Positions 56,807 through 64,000 of a DNA stretch of 64,000 bases are shown one piece after another; position 1 is the stretch's first letter, and every line of letters begins with the position of its first letter. Below the pieces are notes generated by a model. It made no database searches and was not told the origin of the DNA. It saw only the letters and a program-made list of their open reading frames with translations. The DNA comes from Escherichia phage 172-1. The stretch lies in sequence record NC_028903.1. The stretch is one strand, 5' to 3'. The translations under genes were made by a program, and so were the position numbers.

Positions 56807-57009
56807 TTTACTAAACCCTTCATAAAGTTATAAAGATCATTAGAGGCTTTACCCCATTCAAGGTGCTTCTTATCCATATAGCTCTTACATGCTTCTTTAC
56901 TACTTTCGACGCATATATCAAATTGATGACATGCTCGACCAAATGTCATAGCTTTTAATTGAACCTCGGTAGTCAAACCTTTCAGTTCTTGGAACTCTTC
57001 TTCAGTCAT
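56803..57009 (-). CDS. hypothetical protein
   Basis: 68 aa. Confidence 0.35.
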   Translation of the reverse strand: MTEEEFQELKGLTTEVQLKAMTFGRACHQFDICVESSKEACKSYMDKKHLEWGKASNDLYNFMKGLVK

Positions 57010-57543
57010 TTACACACCCTTAGATGCAACAACACCTTCAGAGTTATTATAACGACCCTTCACTGCATAGGAATGTTCCCCTGCATGAGAGTGCTCAAAC
57101 ATCACCATCTGACCAACACGCATACCAGCACGAACTCGTAAGCTATGATGCTTGGTTACGTTGTGGAATTCAAACGTCAGCTTACTGCTATTAAATCCAG
57201 CATCAGCCCATCCAGCATGTAGGTGGTTCAAACCACAACGAGCCATAGATGAACGAAGAACAAACAGGCTTGAGATATTATCTGGAAGATTAAACTCCTC
57301 CATGGAGTGAGCCAAGAAGAACTGACCCGGAGTGATAACCAAACCCTCTTCAGGAATCTTTACTTCCTTCCACTGAAGATTTTCTTTCGCATCAATATCA
57401 ACGATGCCATCAGCCTGTTCTTCAACAAGGATAGTATCACCAATACGGATATCCACACTAGCAGCGTTAACATACTTATGCTCCGCATCCAGATAGCCAT
57501 TGTCAATTACATCGTGCAGTTCAACACTTCCTAGTAAACTCAT
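57010..57543 (-). CDS. dcd: dCTP deaminase (dUTPase-fold)
   Basis: 177 aa; ASVDIRIG, RSSMARCGL, AGWADAGF and YNNSEGVVASK align with the recalled E. coli Dcd sequence. Confidence 0.7.
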   Translation of the reverse strand: MSLLGSVELHDVIDNGYLDAEHKYVNAASVDIRIGDTILVEEQADGIVDIDAKENLQWKEVKIPEEGLVITPGQFFLAHSMEEFNLPDNISSLFVLRSSMARCGLNHLHAGWADAGFNSSKLTFEFHNVTKHHSLRVRAGMRVGQMVMFEHSHAGEHSYAVKGRYNNSEGVVASKGV

Positions 57544-57552
57544 TCTTATTCC

Positions 57553-58908
57553 TTAGTTATTTGTTTCCATGTCAAAAGAGATTCCACGACCCGCTTCATC
57601 GGCAAACCGAACTGTACGGGTTTGAGGCTGCAATACTTCAGGGTTATCAGCAACAAAGCGATCAGCGAGACTGCGGCTGACGGTCTCAGCTAATTCACCA
57701 TGAGAAGGGATATTAAGATCGGCGAGATTATCAACCACATCTTGGGCCACGTCTTCATCAGTCCATACAGCCCTAACAGGTGCGTTGAAACTCTGACCAG
57801 AGAACTGGTGACGGCTAACAGTCAAACCATTTGATTGACCATTAGAACGTCTAGACAACCACTGCTCAAATGAATCGCCAGTAACACCAAGAGCTTCTTC
57901 AAAAGATGTTCTACGAGTAGAGCTTAGATTTCGTGCTTCGTTTGCTCGACGTCTTGCAGGGGCTACAAACACCCCTTCAACTGCATTGTGCCGATTAGGT
58001 TCATCTTCTCGACCAAGGAGATCTCCTCCTGTATTAGTTGTTAAGTTTGTCAACCCTTCAGACCAATATGCACGAATCTGGCTAGAGCCATGAACACTTG
58101 ACATTAACTGAATCTCTTCGTAAGGTATTCCAAAGAATAGACTCATGTCTCGGTTAACACAGTATTGAGCACTTGTTGTATCCTCAATAAGAGAAACCTG
58201 ACCTAATCCATTAACCAGATGACTAACTGGCTGAGGTGTAGGAAGGTATCGAGTTTGGGCCATATATTGATATGCAACAGATGGAGCTGAGAATCTTAAC
58301 ACTTGTGAATTAGGCCACTTTTTGTGAACGTATCTGATTTCACGACTAGAAACAACCACAGGGCAAGGAGCGGTCATAGCTAAATATCCATGAGGAGTCA
58401 TGAATAGGTTGTCAAGAGTCATCGCACCACGGCACATCATAGGAAAATTATCCAATACCTCTTCAATAGAAGTAGGATAATTAAACATGAATTGAATGCG
58501 GGTTCCATTCCACTGAAACTCAATAATATCAGTGAATGTTAATTGAGAACCCCCAGCATATGATTCGTTTGTAGCTTCAGCAAGAAGGGATGCATACTCG
58601 ATATCTTGTGATTCAAGCCACTCTTTCACATTGCTTTCAATCTCTCGTCCAAGAGCTTGCCAATGATCAACTGTAGTGAAAGTATTTTGAGTCCCTGGCG
58701 TCTGTCCTCTGACAACGAAGATATCAATATCGTGAGGTGCTATGTTATTAAGCACGGCATCACGAACAGCCCCACCAGTAATGATAGGGCAAATGCCGTC
58801 TGGAATCAAGTTGTTGTTAATCAACTGTTCAATGAAGTGACGACCAACAGTGATATCAGGTTGTTGAGCAACCTTATCTTCAATTCGGTTAATCGGGATA
58901 ACAATCAT
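57553..58908 (-). CDS. nucleotidyltransferase, tRNA-NT/poly(A) polymerase head-domain family
   Basis: Start at ATG 58906-58908; ITGGAVRDAVLNNIAPHDIDIFV = GGxVRD...DxD pol-beta signature; C-terminal ~300 aa unrecognised. Confidence 0.55.
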   Translation of the reverse strand: MIVIPINRIEDKVAQQPDITVGRHFIEQLINNNLIPDGICPIITGGAVRDAVLNNIAPHDIDIFVVRGQTPGTQNTFTTVDHWQALGREIESNVKEWLESQDIEYASLLAEATNESYAGGSQLTFTDIIEFQWNGTRIQFMFNYPTSIEEVLDNFPMMCRGAMTLDNLFMTPHGYLAMTAPCPVVVSSREIRYVHKKWPNSQVLRFSAPSVAYQYMAQTRYLPTPQPVSHLVNGLGQVSLIEDTTSAQYCVNRDMSLFFGIPYEEIQLMSSVHGSSQIRAYWSEGLTNLTTNTGGDLLGREDEPNRHNAVEGVFVAPARRRANEARNLSSTRRTSFEEALGVTGDSFEQWLSRRSNGQSNGLTVSRHQFSGQSFNAPVRAVWTDEDVAQDVVDNLADLNIPSHGELAETVSRSLADRFVADNPEVLQPQTRTVRFADEAGRGISFDMETNN

Positions 58909-58909
58909 T

Positions 58910-59464
58910 TTACATTTTCCAATATAATGAAGGTGGGTCGTAAGGGTCAAATCCCGTGAGTTCACACAAGTATTTATAAACCTTAACGGTTAAGTTAACG
59001 TCCTGTTCACAGTAAGTAAACATATCTTCAGTGAAAGCATCCCATGCTTCCTCTTGCTCACCGTAGTCTCCTTTAAGTTCCTCTAAGAACTCACCCCATT
59101 GCTTCAAACCATGACCTCTTGGGCCATGTCTAGGGTCACCTTTCGGATACTCAGGACTGTCACCAATACGGTCAGGTTTAAGATATCGACTAAGACACAA
59201 GGTGTCGAAGACGTTAAAACGATAGTCGATCAGATTGGGATACATCTTCTTCAGAGCACAAAGGTCGAAGTCAATAATATTATGACCTACGAGCACATCA
59301 GCTTCTGTAAGTTTACGAATCCCATCTTCAATTTGGTGAGGCCGATAGCCCCACCTTTCACCAGTTTCAACATCGAAGATGTAAATACACCACACTTTAG
59401 TTATGTCATCGTACAGTGCATTACTCTCGATATCAAATGCAAACACTTTCTTTTTCTTTACCAC
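58910..59464 (-). CDS. DnaQ-like 3'-5' exonuclease (stand-alone proofreading domain)
   Basis: 184 aa; Exo I FDIES, Exo II HNIIDFD, Exo III YCEQDV motifs. Confidence 0.7.
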   Translation of the reverse strand: MVKKKKVFAFDIESNALYDDITKVWCIYIFDVETGERWGYRPHQIEDGIRKLTEADVLVGHNIIDFDLCALKKMYPNLIDYRFNVFDTLCLSRYLKPDRIGDSPEYPKGDPRHGPRGHGLKQWGEFLEELKGDYGEQEEAWDAFTEDMFTYCEQDVNLTVKVYKYLCELTGFDPYDPPSLYWKM

Positions 59465-61248
59465 GGTGAAGCTCCATCTGCTTGATTGACGAGAGAAGCT
59501 GCATCCTCTCCGTTAGTCAAAACGAATGGATTATCTTCATCAACTTCAAAGTCTTCCCTTTCTACAAGTCTACCGGTTTCGCTGATATACTTAGTATAAC
59601 AGACACCCGTCTGACCATAGTTACGTTCTTTCAGTAATCGAATGACTGAGAGGTTCTTAGCTAAGCCGTCAGCTTGCTTATCACGCTCAAAGCCAATGAT
59701 ACACTGACACCAACGCATAAGAGAACGAGAGCCAGTGAACTGTACTTCACGTACCTGTCCACCTTCTTCGTGAGGAGCACCACCTGCCGGAGCATTAAGG
59801 TGAGATAGCACGAAAGCGGTAAAGTCTAATTCTTTACACATACCAGCAAGCTCGGAAGCAATCTTACTGATTTCAGTGTTAATCTCTGAAGGTGTTAAAT
59901 GAGATACCAGAGCGGTAATGTTATCAAGAATGATGAACTTACACTGGTTTTCAACTACCCAGAAACGGATACACTGTTTAATATCTTCCCATTCGTTCTG
60001 CCCAAAGTTGTCATACAAGAAGAATTTGTCTGCATAACGAAGTGCTTCATTACGCAAATCCTCCTCGTCATATTCAACATCGGGTCGGTGGAAAGGAATT
60101 GATGCTGACTTACCAGCGATGTTCTTAACAGACATGCCTACCTTCTCTTCCAAGAAGAAGCCACCCCCATTAAAGCCATGCTCTAAGCACAGATGAGCAA
60201 CCAGTTCGTGAGCAATTAGTGTTTTACCACTACCTACACCACCACCGATGGCTACTACCTCTCCCCATCGAATACCGAAGGTCATCTCATTAAGAGTTTT
60301 CCACGGATATGGAATACCCCACTCCGCTTTCTTCAGAGCATCATCAAGGCAATCAAAGATTGTTACAGCACCAGCAGGAGATTCCCGCTTTGCTGAATAC
60401 TTGAGAATGTTGAATAACTCTTGACCACGACCAGACAGAAGCATGTCATTCGCATCCTTAATCTCTTTCTCCACACCGTTGTATGGGAAAGTTCCTTTAG
60501 GAATACGAGCAAACTTGACATGAGGGAATAAAGAACGACCTTTTGTTAAAGCTATCTCACCTGCATCGTCATTGTCCATGCAGAGCACAACCTCCTCAAA
60601 ACCATTTACGAAGTCTCGATTACGAGACAACACAGAAGAGATTGAACCTGCACCGAACGGTAAAGAAACACATGCTGGCTTAATATTTGTTGCATTTGTA
60701 AAAGCTGTAAGGACATGGAAACCAGACATACAAGATAGCGGGTCTTCAAAAATAAACAGCTTCTTGTTGTACACATCTCCACGTTGAGCTTGTGCCATAC
60801 CAAATAAGTCTGCTTCTTTCACACTGCCAACGTAATAAAACTTCTTACTATCTAGCAGCTTAACCTCGTAACCAACAATGTTTCCATCACGTTCACGAGG
60901 AAAGAAGTAGCTGTCTGGAGTCTGACCATCAGTCTGACTTAGACCAATGCGACACTCAAAACGCTCTGATACAGCTTTAGGGATTAAACGTCGAGTAAGT
61001 TCACCCTGAGGAAGCTCTAAGCAATCATCTAAGACTTCTCTCAATTCTTCAGGGGATAACTCTTTCTTCTCGTTTGGAGTGGGTGTAGTGCCCTTTTCGA
61101 ACACTTCGTAATTCCCACAACGGTTACAACTTCCCCACTCCTCACCTGTCTCTTCGTTACGGAAGAGAATCATGTGGTTGTGGGTTTTATCACGACCATG
61201 AGAGATACATTCCTTACAACCTGTGTCTCCCAAAATGATCTTTGACAT
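59458..61248 (-). CDS. T7 gp4-like primase-helicase
   Basis: 596 aa; N-terminal Cys4 zinc ribbon, TOPRIM region, Walker [10 protein letters not shown] and Walker B ILDN helicase motifs. Confidence 0.85.
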   Translation of the reverse strand: MSKIILGDTGCKECISHGRDKTHNHMILFRNEETGEEWGSCNRCGNYEVFEKGTTPTPNEKKELSPEELREVLDDCLELPQGELTRRLIPKAVSERFECRIGLSQTDGQTPDSYFFPRERDGNIVGYEVKLLDSKKFYYVGSVKEADLFGMAQAQRGDVYNKKLFIFEDPLSCMSGFHVLTAFTNATNIKPACVSLPFGAGSISSVLSRNRDFVNGFEEVVLCMDNDDAGEIALTKGRSLFPHVKFARIPKGTFPYNGVEKEIKDANDMLLSGRGQELFNILKYSAKRESPAGAVTIFDCLDDALKKAEWGIPYPWKTLNEMTFGIRWGEVVAIGGGVGSGKTLIAHELVAHLCLEHGFNGGGFFLEEKVGMSVKNIAGKSASIPFHRPDVEYDEEDLRNEALRYADKFFLYDNFGQNEWEDIKQCIRFWVVENQCKFIILDNITALVSHLTPSEINTEISKIASELAGMCKELDFTAFVLSHLNAPAGGAPHEEGGQVREVQFTGSRSLMRWCQCIIGFERDKQADGLAKNLSVIRLLKERNYGQTGVCYTKYISETGRLVEREDFEVDEDNPFVLTNGEDAASLVNQADGASPW

Positions 61249-61274
61249 GCTCTTCCTCCTTGGAATCCTTGAGC

Positions 61275-61478
61275 TTAGTAGAACGAACGAATTTCATCCC
61301 ACACTTGTTCCTGTTCTTTCCTATAAAAAGAAAGTTGGGTCTTGAACATCTCCACTGATGATTCAAAGTTTTTAGATTGTGCAGCTTCAACGAAACGTTC
61401 ATGTCGGTTGATTTTGCACCGTAGCATTAAATACTTGGCTTCAAGTCTCCGAAGAGCCTGTCTTTTCTCAAGATTCAC
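61275..61478 (-). CDS. hypothetical protein
   Basis: 67 aa. Confidence 0.3.
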   Translation of the reverse strand: MNLEKRQALRRLEAKYLMLRCKINRHERFVEAAQSKNFESSVEMFKTQLSFYRKEQEQVWDEIRSFY

Positions 61479-61887
61479 TTTTCAGATACTCTGACCAGTC
61501 GCCAGATTCAACCAGAACGTCTTGTTCTTCGTCAATGTGATAAATCCAAGCGATAACAGTTTCACCTGAGTCCAGCTTAACGGCAATCTGGGTGCGTTGA
61601 TAGAAGCTATCTTCAGGGCTACGTTTGTTGTAACCTTCCAGTCGGTCATATGGACCTTCCAGACCTGCTTTGTCAGTAGCAAACACTTCTACACGAACAG
61701 GCTTATTGTTATTGCTGTGTGCGAGAGAGATGCTTGGGAAGTAGGAACCACCATAACGGAACAGATCGAAGTTGTCTTCAGTCCAACCTTCACCGATTGA
61801 CTTAGCACCAGCTCGGTCATTAACTAAATAGTTAGCTTGACCACGACGAAGAGAACCATAAGTTGCTACGTAAATTACTTCTGACAT
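61468..61887 (-). CDS. AIG2/GGACT-like gamma-glutamyl cyclotransferase-fold protein
   Basis: 139 aa; N-terminus VIYVATYGSLRRGQANY matches the YGTLKRGxxNH signature of GGACT/AIG2-like enzymes. Confidence 0.55.
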   Translation of the reverse strand: MSEVIYVATYGSLRRGQANYLVNDRAGAKSIGEGWTEDNFDLFRYGGSYFPSISLAHSNNNKPVRVEVFATDKAGLEGPYDRLEGYNKRSPEDSFYQRTQIAVKLDSGETVIAWIYHIDEEQDVLVESGDWSEYLKSES

Positions 61888-61956
61888 TATCTATACCTTT
61901 GTTGGTTTGTTTAGTTTATCCGAACTAGCCTCCTCTTTCGAAGAGGCTAAAGCAGA

Positions 61957-62142
61957 TTACTCTGTAATAAAGATTTTGATTACACCGCAGATTACTTCAT
62001 CATTAAAAGAAGCAACAACTTCTTTATCCTGACAGAACTCTATCTTATTGTTATAAGAGTTGAAGTAATCAGCGTCAATATCCATTGCTCGCATTTCGCC
62101 AGCTGCATTGGTATCTTTAAACAGAACTTTATATTTATTCAT
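61957..62142 (-). CDS. hypothetical protein
   Basis: 61 aa. Confidence 0.3.
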   Translation of the reverse strand: MNKYKVLFKDTNAAGEMRAMDIDADYFNSYNNKIEFCQDKEVVASFNDEVICGVIKIFITE

Positions 62143-62387
62143 AGATAAGTTACTCCCTTGTCTTGTTGTGCTTCAGTGATGATACGTTCTACGCATTCCA
62201 TAGAGTATTTATCACCACGTTTTAGGAAAGTCACAATTGCGGAGAACTGATTACCAATCATTCGCTGATTAGTAATACCCCACTCCTCACACAAATTACG
62301 CAACTCTTTACGAGAGCCTACAATAAGAGGCTCTTTTTGTTCCATCATTCCATTTTGTACTAGATCTTCCAATGAAAACATATCCAT
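62139..62387 (-). CDS. hypothetical protein
   Basis: 82 aa. Confidence 0.35.
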   Translation of the reverse strand: MDMFSLEDLVQNGMMEQKEPLIVGSRKELRNLCEEWGITNQRMIGNQFSAIVTFLKRGDKYSMECVERIITEAQQDKGVTYL

Positions 62388-62393
62388 ATATCC

Positions 62394-63590
62394 TTAGTAG
62401 TTTACAACAGTGCCATCATTCAGGGTAAGGCTATTAATCTGCAACACACGACCAAGCTGACGATCACTAATTGGTGCGTTCCATCCAGAGCGGTAGAAGT
62501 TACGACCACAGAAGAACAAGATCACATTACTTGCTACAGTCGAACCGTTTTCAGGATGCTTGATGTTAGCGATATAATAGCCACGACGTAGATTACGACG
62601 GGTTACCGGGTTGATCTCTAACCCTTGTTCTTCAACTTGCATTGTTTCAGGAACAGGCTCCGAAGACTCTTCAGCAACTGGCTCAGCTGACAATGCGAAG
62701 TTCTCGTCATCTGCTGATTCAGCAAATTCTTCTTCCACTTCTTCAACAGGCAGTTCGTAAGCAACGCGGTAGTCAGGATCAACACCAGAGAAGCTCTTAA
62801 CAAACTCAACAATATTATGAGTGTAAGTTTCTAGAGTTGTTCCAGTCAGGCCCGGAGCTGTATTAACTTCCAGAACCCAAGCGTTAGTACCTTTGCTAAT
62901 CAGGTCAACAGCACCGAAGTTCAAACCCAGAGCAGATACAGCTTTGTGAGCTTGAATCAGAACTTGATCAGGAGGCGCTTCAGTGAAGGAGTTAGAATAA
63001 ACCCAACCAGTGTGATGGTTACGAATATCTTCACGATATGTTGACAGATCGCGATAACCGTTACGACGAATCTTCTTCTGAACGTAAGTGATAACGCCTT
63101 CGAACACATGAACACGCCATTCACGACGTGGGCCTTGAATACCTTTGGTATATAGAGGGGCACGGGAAATACCTTCCGTCGGAAGACGAACAATAATACC
63201 TTCACCGGAGTGCCCATTTAGGATTCCACGCTCATAAACAATTTCGTTCTGGTTCCAATCTGAAGCCACACTCTGACTTACGGTATACTCTACAGTAGAT
63301 ACTCCAGCAGCTTCCAAAGTTTGAAAAGCTGTAACCTTATTAGCTGCTCGGTTCAATGCCACTACAGAGTTCAATACAGTTGCCCCACCAAAGAAAGAAT
63401 CGTTGTATCGACGGTTTCCGTAGTTGACAACAATATCACCAACCCGAGAACGATAACGAGAACCCTCTGATACCAGAGACATTACGTTAGCGTTTAAGCG
63501 GAGTTCCTGAATCTTAGTGTTAATTGCAGAAGTAAGTTCACGAACTGAATCAGAAGGGCCATAAGGAAGAACACGGATACGAGTAGTCAT
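62394..63590 (-). CDS. ATP-grasp ligase (RimK/GshB-like) with C-terminal extension
   Basis: 398 aa; GHSGEGIIVRLP, REWRVHVFEGV, and WVLEVNTAPGL motifs typical of ATP-grasp amide ligases; acidic linker plus ~90 aa C-terminal domain. Confidence 0.65.
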   Translation of the reverse strand: MTTRIRVLPYGPSDSVRELTSAINTKIQELRLNANVMSLVSEGSRYRSRVGDIVVNYGNRRYNDSFFGGATVLNSVVALNRAANKVTAFQTLEAAGVSTVEYTVSQSVASDWNQNEIVYERGILNGHSGEGIIVRLPTEGISRAPLYTKGIQGPRREWRVHVFEGVITYVQKKIRRNGYRDLSTYREDIRNHHTGWVYSNSFTEAPPDQVLIQAHKAVSALGLNFGAVDLISKGTNAWVLEVNTAPGLTGTTLETYTHNIVEFVKSFSGVDPDYRVAYELPVEEVEEEFAESADDENFALSAEPVAEESSEPVPETMQVEEQGLEINPVTRRNLRRGYYIANIKHPENGSTVASNVILFFCGRNFYRSGWNAPISDRQLGRVLQINSLTLNDGTVVNY

Positions 63591-63592
63591 TG

Positions 63593-63817
63593 TTAGATAC
63601 CTTTAAGTTTAAGAATTTCGTTACGAGTTTTTTGAATCTGAGCTTCAATTTCGAAGTAGTCGTTGAACGCATCGTTCTCTACTTCATCGGATGGTGCATC
63701 AATCAGACCGAAAGCGAACGGATACAGCTTTCGCTGCTCCGTTACTAATTCGATATGAACTCCTATGTAATACTGTAGGAGAGTGATCTTCGGTTTCTTA
63801 GGAACCAGATTTGACAT
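63593..63817 (-). CDS. hypothetical protein
   Basis: 74 aa, 3 nt upstream of ATP-grasp gene. Confidence 0.35.
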   Translation of the reverse strand: MSNLVPKKPKITLLQYYIGVHIELVTEQRKLYPFAFGLIDAPSDEVENDAFNDYFEIEAQIQKTRNEILKLKGI

Positions 63818-64000
63818 GAGGTTCTACCTTAATGCCTTTGATTTTTACATAATCAGCAAGTACGTTATTGATCACCGTTGGGAAAGGAACCTCAACCTGT
63901 GTCTCAAGTACTTGACCAATACCAGCTTGCATCCACTTCTGGATTGCACGAAGGTTGTCACATCCTGTGCTCGTCATCGGGATACGTCGAGTAGTTACAA
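63798..64000 (-). CDS. partial ORF (C-terminal end only; continues beyond window)
   Basis: Open minus-strand frame from window edge to stop at 63798-63800; ends ...GIKVEPHVKSGS. Confidence 0.3.
   Translation of the reverse strand, partial: VTTRRIPMTSTGCDNLRAIQKWMQAGIGQVLETQVEVPFPTVINNVLADYVKIKGIKVEPHVKSGS

Overview
This 64 kb window looks like most of the genome of a virulent tailed dsDNA phage (Caudoviricetes); no integrase or lysogeny module was seen. Layout: (i) a leftward early arm (22..8855, minus strand) of small, mostly unrecognisable genes, including five tandem paralogs, a SleB-like hydrolase and an orphan HigA/XRE antitoxin-like gene; it is fed by a 1.8 kb control region (5654..7510) with three near-perfect sigma70 consensus promoters inside a duplicated 220 bp unit, six rrn-type boxA-like elements and a ~0.9 kb ORF-free leader. 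(ii) A divergent intergenic region (8860..9790) with a leftward sigma70-like promoter, short direct repeats and an AT-rich core. (iii) A rightward structural arm (9788..39906, plus strand): putative small terminase, large terminase, portal, scaffold, major capsid protein with a programmed -1 frameshift site (GGGAAAG) that would append an Ig-like extension, tail fibres, GH24 lysozyme, lytic transglycosylase, Q/N-rich proteins and a ~1470 aa virion protein. (iv) A leftward replication and nucleotide-metabolism arm (40000..64000, minus strand): T7-type primase-helicase, a split family A DNA polymerase (DnaQ-like exonuclease and polymerase genes 9 kb apart), gp2.5-like SSB, gp6-like exonuclease, PhoH, dCTP deaminase, a variant ThyX, thioredoxin-like protein, Dps-like ferritin, HAD and metallophosphatases, two HNH endonucleases, candidate spanins, a phage sigma factor, a tRNA-nucleotidyltransferase-like protein and an adjacent ATP-grasp ligase / GGACT-like cyclotransferase pair. 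The two arms converge on a bidirectional terminator at ~39915..39950. A conserved TAATGTATA motif sits ~35-60 nt upstream of six gene starts on both strands and is probably the middle/late promoter class served by the phage sigma factor; from memory this resembles the phiEco32 group, which needs a database search to confirm. The strongest candidates for something new are the ATP-grasp/GGACT module, the three arrays of tandem small-protein paralogs, the nucleotidyltransferase, and the boxA-rich early leader. All calls rest on reading the sequence and recalled family signatures; no searches were run. The ORF track displays GTG/TTG starts as M, so several starts were moved to the nearest ATG with a ribosome-binding site.
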